From positions 1 to 64,000 of the forward strand of contig NOWV01000126.1 in the NCBI GenBank assembly GCA_003344405.1: a stretch of DNA of 64,000 nt. Reading direction: 5' to 3'. Made by a program: the position numbers and the translations under genes. This stretch comes from Trichoplax sp. H2. Taxonomy: Eukaryota. Positions within the stretch are counted from its first letter, which is position 1, and every line of letters starts with the position of its first letter. A model generated the notes under the pieces. The model was not told where the DNA came from. It saw nothing but the letters and a program-made list of their open reading frames with translations, and searched no databases. Positions 14,299 through 36,600 of the stretch are shown piece by piece.

Positions 14299-15135
14299 AG
14301 AAAGCGCACAGGAAATCAGAAGGTACTGTAGACTGTAGACAGTACAGTACTCTATTGGTCCATCAGGCTCATGACAGAGTACGTCTGTCCGCCTGTACCA
14401 TAGCTAACCGAATCGGGAGGTCTTGATGATGTCAAAAGAAAGTGCACAGGAAATCAGACGGTACTGTAGACTGTAGACTGTAGACTGTACTGTACACTGT
14501 ACACTGAGTGTACAGTACAGTGCTGTACAGTACACTATTGGTCCATCTGGCTCATGACAGAGTACGTCTGTCCGCGTGTACCATAGTTAACCGAATCGAG
14601 AATCGAGAGGTCTTGATGATGTCAAAAGAAAGCGCACAGGAAATCAGCCGGTACTGTACTGTAGACTGTAGACTGTAGACTGTACACTATTGGTCCTTCT
14701 GGCTCATGACAGAGTACGTCTGTCCGCCTGTACAATAGCTAACCGAATCGAGAGGTCTTGATGATGTCAAAAGAAAAGCGCACAGGAAATCAGACGGTAC
14801 TGTAGACTGTAGACTGTAGACTGTACAGTACAGTACTGTATTGGTCCATCTGGCTCATGACAGAGTACGTCTGTCCGCCTGTACCATAGTTAACCCAGAA
14901 TGACAAAGCACAACCGCGACAATAGCCTGATGTTCTATTACTGTACAGTACAGTGTACAGTATGTACAGTCTACAGTCTACAGTACAGGACACTGAGTAG
15001 TGAGTGTGTGCAGTACTGTACTGTACGGTACAGTACAGTACAGTGCACATGAAATCAGAGGGTAACTGTACAGTACAGTACAGTATTCGTATATCTGCCT
15101 CAGGAGCGAGTATGTCTGTCCGCCTGTACCATGAT
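14299..15135. repeat. Tandem array: ~110-bp constant block with variable-length ACTGTAG/TACTG microsatellite inserts (4 copies plus a degenerate one)
   Basis: The anchor CAGGAAATCAG recurs at about 14309, 14447, 14637 and 14783. The block GGCTCATGACAGAGTACGTCTGTCCGC recurs in each unit. Confidence 0.9.
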
Positions 15136-15504
15136 GTACAGTACCATAATGACAAACACGACCGTGACAATACAGTACTGTACATACAGTACTGTAGGAG
15201 TGTATGTACTGTAGGTTGATGTCTTATTACAGTATTACACTGAGTATAGGGTACTGTACATTGTACTGTACAAGTGTACATTTATTAAATGTTAAATGTA
15301 ATGTACAACGTCTGTCCGCCTGTAGCATGATCAAGCATAATGACAAGCACGACCGCGACAATGGCTTGATGTCATATACAGTAGACTAGTATTTCAGTAC
15401 TGTACATCGCATGTTACAGATTGCAAAGCGTAAACTGGTGTAGAGAGACATGGACGACAATACTAGAAAAATGGGTATATCTTTCCTAGTCTATGGCCTA
15501 GTCC

Positions 15505-15680
15505 ACAGTACAGTACTTTTGACTCTACTGTACTACTGTACAGTACTGTACTCTACAGTACAGTACTGTACAGTACTGTACAGTACAGTACTGTACAGTA
15601 CTATACAGTACATCAGATAAAAAAATACTTACTGTACTGTACAGTACAGTACTGTACTGTAGAGACTGTAGACTCTAGTG
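15505..15680. repeat. Self-complementary (CAGTACTGTA)n / TACAG-TACTG simple repeat upstream of COPA
   Basis: Dense runs such as tacagtactgtacagtactgtacagtacagtactgtacagta. Confidence 0.9.
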
Positions 15681-15844
15681 TAGAGTCCACAACTTGACTC
15701 GCGTGCCTGCCTGCAGATGTCCGTTGCGTCGTCACACGGTCTGCGACGGCAAAAAAAGAAAAAGTGATGCGCAAGCGTAGTTACTCCTGCCACGAACTTG
15801 CTTGGTCGCTCTAGCAGCCATTTTGATTGCTTCCATTTGCATGT

Positions 15845-24033
<8,189 letters not shown>

Positions 24034-25250
24034 AAGGATAACGTTGAGTAAATTTAATGATTAGATGCTATTATAATTAGCCATATATGGATTGGGTAGC
24101 AATATGCGTACAATGTCTTCTTTTTTAAATTGATGATGAAACTTTAATGCCCGAAATGAAACTATATTATATAATGATTGCTATTGCGTTTGCAATAAAA
24201 TTACTATGCAGTTGAAACAATCTGTGGAATTGTGATTTATGAACTTGTATTTACGTTACGATAAAGTAATAATGGGCTTTAATTTTATTGTAAGTGCGTA
24301 TGTCGAGTATCGATGTGACGTGATAAGTGGACTATAAATTTCAGGCTGATACATGTAGAGTCTATTTTCGTTATACGCCTAAGGATAACTGTTCAAAATT
24401 AATTATTTTTGCACGAAAATGAGCATGTTGAGTTATTGTTGAGATGGAATGACTAGCTATACAGTACAGGCAGATTCGTGAAGAAGATAAGTGCTTTGAT
24501 ACATGTAGCTGATGATACTAAAAGAACTTGATATTTCTGCGTAGTACTGTTTAACTGTACAATATCATCCTGTACAACAGCTTGCTGATGCGAGCTTATG
24601 AACAATTTAAACGTAAGAATTGATTCAACATTTACTGTACCATGGATTTATTAGACTCTACTTGTTTAGCATTGTATGTAACTGTGCTGGAATACGAGTA
24701 TCAATGGATTGAAAATAATAAAATATGCGCTTGTCCACCTCAAGACGAATAACTAGAATACAGTATTATGATGAGGATATCCAAGCAGCAGCAGTTTGAC
24801 AATTCATTGTAGACAGTATTGTCAATGATGAAAACTATTACAACGGTAAGAGTGGTTTCTGCATCAAAGTCTCTTGAAATAGATGACCAAGTTTGTATAC
24901 TGTCAATGCATATATGTACCCAATCGCGCACTAAACTACGAGTCTTTTGGACTGCAAGCGTCCGAGCGTCCATCCGACTGCAAGAAATGGTAATGAATTC
25001 TTTGAGTGTACAGTGTACACTGTACAGTACAACGCACTGTGCATCTGGCCGGACTGACGGATATACGCGTTGTTATAGCAAATCGCAATCCGCAGTTGCC
25101 GACATCAAAACTAGTTCCAACATTGGAGATTGATGAGTCTGCAATTTCCATCATTTTCTCCTTTAGGTTACTGAACTTGATCCATTTTTACTACTGCTGC
25201 TATTAGCAAAGGAGAGCTAAGCATCAATTTATTCTACAATAAAAGGCCTA

Positions 25251-26921
25251 ATGAATACCAACAGCATGTCAAAAACGCGGACAATCTCAGAAACCGTCCA
25301 TGCTAACGCTGCAACTGTAAGTATACCACACTATCTAATATGGAAAATGAAGAATTTACACTATTATTTTTAGTCATGAAATGAAATACTTGACCAAGAA
25401 CACCCTGAAAATGAGTGATTTCAATTAGAAATACAAGTAAGATAGTTCTTGGGTATTGGATTTCAATCCAAGAACTTAAAACAGTGTGATGGAAAGAAGT
25501 AGATGCGGACATTCATGACATTTTGCTTGACGAATATAGCATAGTAGATGAGCTTCAATTTTTATGTACAGTGCTTGTGAAATATTATCATTATTGACTT
25601 TCCGTAGATTTCCAAGCCAGTTTATTATCATTAAGATGCGATGCTATGATTACTATCTATTCATTTTGGTTTACATACTGAATGTGTGCATTGCTCATCA
25701 CTTTATCAATTGCTGTCGTTCAAAAATCGTAAGCCGTATGTAGATTTGGCCTTTCTTATTTCATTTATTATGGCTGTTCGTATGACAAAATCGGTTCGAT
25801 TCCTTGATGTAGGTATGATTAGGGCTGTAGTTTGTTGTGACTAGTCAGGAATCATAATGAGGGTTGTAACTATTAAGATACAATTATTTTGGACTGTCGA
25901 AGGACATAAAATTCTAGTTTGTAATGTACATTCTTTATAACTTTTACTTTTGATCGTGGAAGCAGTAGAGTTGTTGGGTCTGACACTTTAGCGCGCTAAT
26001 TTCTCTTGATTGTGTCCTCTCTTCATGCATGGTTATAGCGGTCCTAAGATTTGCCTATTTGCCACTTTGTACGAATCATGTTAAGAAATGATTAGCTTCT
26101 ACGATAGGATAGTTAGAGAACCTTTTCTATACGAATATTTCAATACTGTCATCCTGCAGGCTATTGGATAGCCAGTAATATATAATATCTACTATACTTT
26201 TCTAAAATGATCATGATGCTGTAGATAAAATGAGGCCTACTGTACTGTACTGTACTTGTTCAATAAATAGATATCAAAACATAAAGAGAGAGGATGTAAA
26301 AATCTATCCATTCGATCAATTGTAATTATCAAATATGGCTGTAGTGCTGTATTTGCTGACATTTTCATGTAGCATCGTAAGAAATAGTTATTCTTGTAGA
26401 TGGTTAAAATGCCTAACCTACTTCCCCTTGATTGAACTTCATCGAAGCAAACTACTTAAAAAAGTAGCAAGGGACTGATAGCATAATGGCTTGAGATACT
26501 GTAGCTGATAATGACTATTCGAAGGTTGATAATTTGCTAGACTGTAATAGGAAGCTCTTATTGAAGTTATGATGCGGACCACAGTCATGATGTAAATTCT
26601 TTTTTCTTCTTTTCCATTCTCCATTGGCTGATAATATGAAACCTCTTGGTCTATTAGACGCAAACGTTGAAATTAACCAAGCCGAAAAATAAAAAACGTG
26701 TCCAGTGGGACGCTAACACGGTCGATAATGAATTCCTGAATCGTAAATCATCGAAATGTTGCTGCATATACTCCAAACATGTTAAACTTGAAGATCGTGA
26801 TGCTTCTAGTAGTGACGATGACGATGATAATGGTGGCGATCAAAAGTGCGAGAAAAAGAAAGGTTGCCGCTACTGTAACATTCGTGATAAATTACAGCAG
26901 CAACAACAACCACGACAATAG
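25251..26921 (+). CDS. PPP1R11: Protein phosphatase 1 regulatory subunit 11 (Inhibitor-3/Ypi1), two coding exons 25251-25316 and 26658-26921
   Basis: KKRVQWDANTVDNEFLNRKSSKCCCIY contains the RVxW PP1-binding motif and the family signature. A phase-0 GTAAGT...TTAG intron joins a plausible first exon MNTNSMSKTRTISETVHANAAT. Confidence 0.9.
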
Positions 26922-29900
26922 CGATAGACTTCTTCGGTCAAGATTACAATCTACGTTTTACCTATAAACTAGCTATTATTAAGTCGATATTCAGAAAACC
27001 TTCCTGGAAATAAACTATTTATTCATCATTATAAATTTTAAAACTTGGACATATTGGTACTGATCATTGTAGCCGAAAAGAAATTAACTGCTTAGCTTAT
27101 ATGGCGACGTGAATTCTCACACCTTTTCTTTGAACCAATAGTGGAAAGATCCCGTTTTAGTGTATCATTTTTTTACCTCAAGTAGCCATTTCTGTATACT
27201 TTACTGATGATTTTTTGGACAACTTTCACGACTGCAACTACTTGATTCGTGACTGAATCATGGCAAGAATTCCGATATCACTTAATAGTAATTTGGTGTA
27301 ACCTAGAAAACCAAATGTATAAAGATTTGTAGTCGATTGCAATAAGGAAAAGCCTAATGCTCTAATATAATAGTGCGTTTTGCTGCTTTTTAGTAATGTA
27401 AAGCAATAGCACCAGGTTAGGCATCACCTTAACAATATCAAGATTATATTAATATGTAGTATTTCATCTCTATCTCAGTTCTACATTTCATAACTAGATC
27501 ATTCATTGGGCTAATACTGTAAAATTTACTGGAATCAAGAGTAAAAATGAACGTCTTATTTTGTCATTTGGGGTAGAAATATGCTATTTTAACTGTATGA
27601 AAAAGAATTCTACGTATTTCCTGGTGTATCTCAGGATCTGAATAAATTAAAATGATATAACTGACATTGTACTGTTCATCCTTTCTAATTTATCGCTGTC
27701 ATTGAAATTTCTGTCTCCCTGCCTTGCTTTCATCAACAAGGATCTATACAATTTTTAATGAACGATCAAATTAATCTTTACTAATTCAATTGCATGCTAT
27801 TCATTGATGATTAGTACATTGCATATCTTGAGTTAAAGTACGATAAAAACTCTCTTGCAACGATTGGGAAAAATACAACATACGGTAATGCTTCGATATT
27901 ACAGTAATTGTACCGTCGAATCTCTCACTACCTATGAAATTGATACTATTTAATGGACATGATCGAATCAACCATTGCTAATTAACTAACTTGCTATCTG
28001 CAATTCATTATTGCACTGTATGACTTTGGATTGGGAGTAAGATTAAGTTCTATTTGCAACGGTATAGAGAATAGAACCAAAGTATTTTATTATACAGTAC
28101 TGTCTATTCTCTAAGGTGCCAATTTTATACAACATAAATGGATGTGATTAAATTAGTCATAGATAATCAAATTTGCATGCTGTCTATAAATAATTATTGC
28201 ACTGAAAGACTTCTAATGATAGAGAAACAGTAACGGAAAACTTTGTGCGATTGTGATATAATGTCTTCTCAAAAATATGACAAGAACTACAGTTTCTAGT
28301 ATACTTCACTTTATTACATAAGACTAGGTTCGTCTTACAACTACCAAGGACCATCAAACTGCAATCAGACTATATAATCTTAGTCTTAAGCTTATTTAGC
28401 GCTGTACCATAGCTATTATCAAATCTCTTATTAGATACTAAATCATTAGAAATAGGAGTAATTCATTATTTCCAGTGTAAGATCATGATTTTTGATGGAG
28501 GATCAAAATGCGAAAATGAGATTGATATTCAACAGTCTTAATTAATATTAGTAAGATAAATAATAGCAGGATTGAGATTAATATGGTCTTAGGATTGTTG
28601 TGCAGTTTAAGATATACTGCATTTATGTTCAGTATTTACAAATAAATACTGTACAATAAATCAAATACCCCAACCATTCTAACTGATCGATAAATGCCTA
28701 TAGTAATAATATATCTTGATAACGTATATTATTTAATAATCATCACCAGGAAGAAATTTTACGTTATAAAAGAGCTTTATTAGTTTCCTTGAAAATAAAT
28801 AAAGACGCTTTTATTGCCAACGTAATAATAAATGACTGCATCATTAATAATTAATGTGTTTGTATGTTGATACAATATACCGCAGATTTATGATAATATA
28901 ACTGACTGTAACTATTCAGTATAACTTGAAAACCTACCAAGACTTCTGTCAATTATCATCTCCATTAATGATTATAACTAATACTAATACGTTAAAGTGC
29001 TACAAAGTACATGCTTGTCTTGTATTTAAAGACGACTAGCTGATACTTTCTTACAGTCAATAACTTTATGATGATGTGGTCGCAACAGCATAAATTGATA
29101 TCGCACAAAATTATGGCGTGTATTGATTTCTATCTGTCAATTTCACTATGGTAATAGAATTGGAACTAAAATTTTCATATGATATGCTTAAGCATTCAAG
29201 TATTCTACAAGAAAATCCTATTAGAAAAAAATTAGGCAGAAATTTAATTCTTGCTAACTTATTCAATAAAACTTGAAATTAAGAATGTTTATCTTGTAAA
29301 ACCACAACTTATCTAATTATGCAAGTAGTCACAAGTTACAAGATCAATTTTGATTCGACCAAAATGTATTTCATTTATTTATTTATTTATTCAAAACCAT
29401 TAATATGAAGACTAACACATACAAATTACATATTCTTTCACCAAACCAAGTGCTTAATAACATATCTGTCTTTGATAATTAATATTATTATTGGTGTTCG
29501 ATAACCAAGTAACACTTATAGAAGTCAACAATAAAACTATGCCTGCTCCGGTGTAACATAGACGGGTCCATTTAACTAGATGCGATAATTACAATCGTGA
29601 TAGTTATGTGGTTAGTAGTACAGTACAAATGATGAGGAAAATAAATGCAAAAAAATTCTATAAAAATGACATAAATTGTTGGTCTGATTTCATCATAAAC
29701 CAAAAGGCAATGTATAATACTATCAGATATCGGATAGACGACGATATCTGGTTGTTCTGCCAAATAAGATTGAGTCTAGTATATAATGTGAAAAAGGTAA
29801 TTTACAGCTAATTAAATTAATAAGTGAATGAGTGATTAAGGCAGGTGCATTTTAGATAAATTGGTGATACCGATAGTGATTAAAGCTAACTGAACTATTT

Positions 29901-30483
29901 TCATCATTTAAATAAATTGCCAGAATATTAAGAATGGATTAAATCTTATTATTTGCTGTACGCCCATAAATCTAATCATTATACATATGTGAACGTCTGC
30001 AAAATTTGTATTAAAAATGGTAGTGCGTAAATGCAGGTGAATAGGATAGTTTACAAGACATTTTTCAAAAAATGCAATTCATTAATCAATTGTAGCAATC
30101 AAACCAAATTCATGATGTGCATAATGTGGCGTAAAGCATATTCAGTACTTTAAAAATTATAGAAATTATCACATTACAATCTAATCGCTATGGCTAGTTT
30201 ATGTAATATGATGCGAACAAAATGTCTGTCTATTCTACAGATTTATCAGAAAAAGTTATGAATAGAATGCAGACCTACATAAAGTTTCACTAAAACTTAC
30301 TATACATTAGGTCAAGAAATATAAACCAGTTATAGTAACACGTGCATAGTGATTTTACTACAGTCTTGCACTAATATCAAGTCATTTATAGTGCAATCTA
30401 TCTCTGCTGTTAATTTCATTTGAACTAGAATAAGAATCTAATGTGTAAGATTCAATTTGAAAATATTTGTTTGATCTAAATAC

Positions 30484-30520
30484 GCACGCACACAAACACT
30501 TACACACACACACACACACA
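30484..30520. repeat. (CA)n microsatellite just downstream of the CBL stop
   Basis: gcacgcacacaaacacttacacacacacacacacaca. Confidence 0.85.
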
Positions 30521-30639
30521 TAGTAGATGTTACCTTAAAATTTATCTAAGCTAGAATAATAAATTAGCATTAGCGAAATTACAGTGTAAAACTTTGATCA
30601 ATCTAAAAGTATTCCTTTTGCTGCTTAATTAACATGTTA

Positions 30640-33600
30640 TCATTTCGGAACATAAAGCTTCAAGATACATACAGCAATTTCCAAATCGTTTTTCGCGATT
30701 TTTAAAGCTTGCTCAACTTTTTTTTCATCAAAACCATTCATTATAAGTGTGCAAAATGCTTGTTCGTCAACTCTCCGAGTTTTCCAATTTGTAATATAAT
30801 TCTGATCTAATACGTTTGCTTCACTTGCTATATCATCCTCGCCAACTTGATACAATGCCCCATCTTCATCATGATTTGAAGCTAACACGCCTGCTTCACT
30901 TGTCCCCTCATATTGTTCGTCATTGCTGGCCTCGACATTTGTCTCTTCATCGTTGTCGTTTTCATATATTCCTAAGTTATCATTGCCATCGATCATGCTA
31001 TCGACCACAATACTATTCCGTATTATTGGAAGGGGACCTAAAGAATTAAGTAGCATGCTATCAGAATTACCATACGCAGGATTCATCGTAGCATTTGATC
31101 GTTCTGGGATATTCTCGGTATAGTCCTCAGGAGTTAATGTTCTTTCATCTGTCACATTGTCATCATCATCATCAATACTACAGTAAGCATCATTACTAGC
31201 TTGATCCTCGTAGACATCAATATTGGAGAAAGCATGATTATCGCCACCGCTTCTATAAATTTGTGATCCATTCGCAGAAATGTCTCCTTCATAAGCTATG
31301 TTATTGATATGTAACTGTTGACCAACTAGGAAATTGGACGCTACATTATTTAAAGATCCATTACTTCTTTCATGATTAGCACCAACAGAAACAACACTGC
31401 TATCAAATGGCGCTATGTCACATGAAGCGGTTGATTGATTATAATTATTATCAGAGTTAATATTATTATTTTGTACTTTTGCACGCGCTGCAATATCAGC
31501 GGCAACAGTTGGTATTCGAGCGGTAGCCCCTAATACAGTTTCATCCGTAACCTGAAATAGTCGCATTACATATCATATTAGCTATTAAATCGATAGTTAA
31601 CTAAAACAGTATTTTAAAAAAATAACGTCGCCACCTTGAGTTTTGCACGGCAGTGTCATGAATTTTGCGTCGTAGCTACAGCACGAACTTTTCATGATCG
31701 TGTCAATTTTTCTCGTACTGGTAGCGACATTATTTTTTTAAAATACTGTAGGCACAAAGCATGAATGAGAACTGCAAACTAATAAGGGCATTAAATGACT
31801 AATAAAAAAGAAGTATTCATTCCATCGTTGCTTACCTCATCGGATGAACTTGCTCCTACAGTATTTAGATCAGAGATCGAATTGGCTTTACCGTCTAATA
31901 CAGGTAAGTTAAATGGTTCAATATAGACCTTTTTCCAACCCTATATTATAAATGAAAACGTACTCAATTAAGTAGAAATGGTTGGAATTAAATCAATCTC
32001 ATGCAAAAGTATATTTCCTGTAGTAAATCTATACAACACTTAATAATGTACTAATTTCTAGGATGTGATAGGTTATTATGTAAGTTAACGACGCGAATCA
32101 AATTAATCCAATGTCACAATTGATATATCTATTTACAATGCTAATATATTAAATCGATGCAGTATTAACAACGTTCACATTTATTACCACTATACGACAG
32201 CGACAAAACGGGCATTCCTGACCGCCTTTTAATTGCCAACGTTGCAGGCATTGCTCACACATTAAATGACCGCATGGTTCGAGATAAGCATCTTTATTTC
32301 TTGCAGCACAAATTTTGCATAATTCAAACGTACTACCCATGTTAACGTATATGTCATATTGATCCTTTGTTACAGTCATATGCTGTTGCGATGACGGAGC
32401 ATCTAGTGTTAAGTCAGGATTAGCATCATTTCCTGCTGGATATAGGTATCTGTAGTAAAAATAAACCCATAATAGATGATAGGTTATTAAATTATAATTA
32501 AAAGATAGTATTTGTAAACAGAGTATCTTTTACTTTCAGTGATAATATCTAAAACACGCTTACATTCCATCATTGAATCCGTCAATTAGTGCTTGCCGTA
32601 AAGGTTTATTATTGGGTATAGTTTGTACGACATTTCGTGATTCTTCAACGTACGCAATTGCCCACTGGCCCAATCGTGTACAGCTCAATCTGAATATATA
32701 ACTAGATAATTATAAAGAAAATTAAGGTTGTTCGTTAAATTAGTTTTTACTGCAACTATTACGAATTGGCTTAATTAAGTTTATATTTGTTTCTAAATTT
32801 TTATAAAACACATTAGCAATAATTATAGTCAAAATAATAGCACGATTACACTTCTTTAAGTTAGAAAACTGTAGGATTACAACGGTGAGAAAGGAGTAAT
32901 TAAAATAATATTTACTGTACAACAGACGACATAGAAAAATTGTTAATAGGCGAATAGTAATAAAACGTCTATAAAAGCAGAAATTTTCGAATACGTCAAA
33001 CTCTTCATCGCTAACCGTTGTATACAGACAACTACTTCAAAACTATTATAATACTAAGTATCCCATCTCTAGTTTTTGTACTATAGCATAATGTATTTTA
33101 ATGTAATTTTTTTTTTACCTTCCTGGTCTATCCAAGAATGGCTCCAAGGCATTTTTTGCATCATCATATGTTAAAAATGCTGCATATCCTGGATGAGAAA
33201 TAGCCAAAGAATTCCAGTTATGCATAATAGTAGCCCAAGGCTGGAATAGTCTGCTGAAAATATCGAACTCAAAAATGGATATATGTTGATTTAATGTTAA
33301 ATCCATGGTGCCCTTTAAAGAAATCGATTCATGATCAGATAATTGGCCATGCACACGCTCCAAAGCATCGCGGAAAGTTGTCCATGGTATAATAGCTCTA
33401 AACATATTCGAGACATATAGAAACAGTTTAGCCTTTCTTAACGTCAAAATAACAAATTACCACCTCGTGAGCAACTCCGGAAATGGATTAGTAGAGTCAA
33501 AAAGTTCACATTGAAATAGTGTAGTGTATAATTAATTAGATGATTGTAACAGAGAAACTTCACAGAAATCAACATGATATTTCATCGATCAAATTTTTCA

Positions 33601-36600
33601 CATATCCACTATAAATTAGCACATCAACTCGTCGACAAGATGTCTGTCAGGTGCCATGAACTTTGGTGAGTTTATGCTATCTATCACGTCAAATCATTTC
33701 GAAAATCAATATGATTCGATAAATGAAATCTTCTAAAAAATAAGCGTAGAACGGTTGAGAAATAGACTCAGTAGTTGACTTTACTGCAAAAAGGAAATGT
33801 AGGTAAGTAAAGCAATTTAGCAGGCTTGAAATTGATGTCTTGTCATAACAGTGTACGAAAAGTATTTGTCCATGTCGATTCAACGTCTATTTCGTAGTCG
33901 TCAGAAGAACTACTAAAGTCCTTGTTGATATTGCAGGATCAAGTCGTATTGGCGAATAGTAATAAAAATAAAATCACTCATCCTCGTTTGTTTTCGATTT
34001 TCTTGGGTAGATGTACGAATCTGTTCTAGGCATGCCAATTAGTATTAAAAAATATTGCAACCTTCTTGAACAATCATCAACTTCTATCAATATAAAAATA
34101 CTGAATAAGCAAGAAGGCTTGGTAGCCTAGAAAGGGTTATGGCCATAAAAGTTGTCATTCCATTTACTCCATCGAGTCTATAAAGTACTACGAATCTTTG
34201 TTAAGTTGTTATAAATTACAGATATTAACGAGCATAATTTATAAAACGTGGTGTTGTGGCCTAGAAAAGTTTCATGTTATAAAAGTTGCCATTCTGTTAT
34301 AGATTAAATTGATCTATTCCAGATAGAATAGGAAGAAAATGGGATCTAAGGATTGCACAAATAATATGAATACTTTGTTGCTATAGCCCTTACAATTTGA
34401 TCTATCTTATGGATAAATTAATATAAGCTATTAGGATAGACTGTAAGCAAGAGTCTTAACAGTAAGACACTTGCCCGATCCTGAATAAGTGTAAACTGTT
34501 TCCAGGTAGAAAGTAAACTGCTCTACGTTATTCTCTTCCACTTCTTCAAGCCTTGAAGGCATTGGAATGATCGGATCGATTGCATCCTAATTTAGAAAAC
34601 ATTGTACATCACCTACAATCATCAAGATAGAGTTATCACGCTTTTGCTATTTTTAATGATGGCAATGATTTAATTTTGACCATAAGAGAATGATACTAGG
34701 ACAGCTACTTTCTATACTTCCTTTACTATTATTATGCGAATACCTTTGAAGATAGATCAATATTAGTTGACATCATGAAATTCACCAAATAAAATGGGCA
34801 TCATTGATCAGATTTACGCGATTCATGACTGAGCAAGAATGGCAAGTCAAAGTATTTCATCATTGATGGATCACTTTTATAAAAGGAAAACTAATTGCTT
34901 CCATATGTTATGCTTGCTTGATCAAGTGCTGATACTGTAGTAGCATGTAAATGGATTCATTTTTACACTGCTAGAACTTATTGCGGTAGAATTGAACAAC
35001 TTTATGCAGTATAACAATCCTCTTAAGCCTTAAGGATGACAATGAGAACTTGATGAAATGGCTATAAAATCCTCTCAGATATTGTAAGGGTAAAAAGAAA
35101 CCGTATTTCAAATTTCTGCAATACTGTAAGTAAAATTGCTGTATGTTGGAAATAAGGGATAAGTCTACTTTAAGCTGCATAGAATATAATTTTTAGCCAT
35201 TCTTCCTTCATAAACAAGACGTGAAGTTCTTGCTGTTTGAAGTATCTGAATAATGTCGTGATTACTCTATTGGGCATATTGGATATGGCAAATTCATATT
35301 GTTGCCATTTCAACATATCATAGGTATAGTGCAAGCTACATAGAGAATGATTTTTAGCTTTCTTCCTCAAGAGTTTTACTTAAAGCTTTTGCTATTTGCT
35401 ATGTCAATACTGCAGTATTTTTATTCCCTATTGGATATATTGTCGCCATTTCAACAATTCAAGGACATATATATAAGAGTTCTACGTGAAGCTTTTGCTA
35501 TTTGCTACGTCAATACTGCAGTATTTTTATTTTCTATTGGATATATTGTCGCCATTTCAAAAATTCAAGGATAGGTATAGCGTAAGCTACATCGAGTTTG
35601 ATTTTTTAAGCTTTCTTCCTCAAGAGTTCTACTTAAAGCTTTTGCTATTTGCTATATATTGGATATATTGTCGCCATTTCAACAATTTAAGGATATATAT
35701 ATAAGCGTTCTACGTGAAGCTTTTGCTATTTGCTACGTCAATACTGTAGTATTTTTATTTTCTATTGGATATATTGTCGCCATTTCAACAATTCAAGGAT
35801 AGGTATAGCGTAAGCTACATCGAGTTTGATTTTTAGCTTTCTTCCTCAAGAGTTCTACTTAAAGCTTTTGCTATTTGCTATGTCAATACTGCAGTACTTT
35901 TATTCCCTATTGGATATATTGTCGCCATTTCAACAATTCAAGGATATATATATAAGAGTTCTACGTGAAGCTTTTGCTATTTGCTATGTCAATACTGTAG
36001 TATTTTTATTTTCTATTGGATATATTGTCGCCATTTCAACAATTCAAGGATAGGTATAGCGTAAGCTACATCGAGTATGATTTTTAAGTTTTCTTCCTCA
36101 AGAGTTCTACGTGAAGCTTTTGCTATTTGCTATGTCAATACTGCAGTATTTTTTTCCTATTGGATATATTGTCGCCATTTCAGCAATTCAAGGATAGGTA
36201 TAGCGTAAGCTACATAGAGTATGATTTTTAAGCTTTCTTCCTCAAGAGTTCTACGTGAAGCATTTGCTATTTGCTATATCAAAACTGCAGCATTTTTTCC
36301 TATTGGATATATTGTCGCCATTTCAATAATACAAGGATAGCTGTGCTATAAAGCTACATAGAATATAATTTTTAGGCATTTTTCCTCAATAAGACCAGTT
36401 GTGAAGCTTTTGCTGGTTCAATACTAATGCTACAGTATTCATTTTCTTTTGGAGGGGGGGCATTCGACATATTGGACATGACAAGTTCCTATTTCAACAT
36501 TTCATCAAGACGATCAACGGAATAGTGTTGCATATGAGTATCGATGAATTGAAAGACCTTATGCTGTTCAATATATTGGAGTTTAATAAAGTTGGGGCCA

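Noticed and set aside
14299-14900. CRISPR-like repeat-spacer appearance
   Set aside because: Constant blocks are ~110 bp, inserts are simple repeats rather than unique spacers, there are no cas genes and the context is eukaryotic.
14790-15389. ORFs rich in Y/S/T/V/C/L
   Set aside because: They are translations of the TACAG/TACTG microsatellite.
30816-31123. Plus-strand ORFs over the last CBL exon, and similar short ORFs over HINFP, COPA and TTC12
   Set aside because: Antisense or alternative-frame shadows of real exons.
35347-36053. Repeated hydrophobic 72-75-aa ORFs
   Set aside because: Products of a T-rich tandem array whose unit lengths are mostly not multiples of three, so frames are not preserved.
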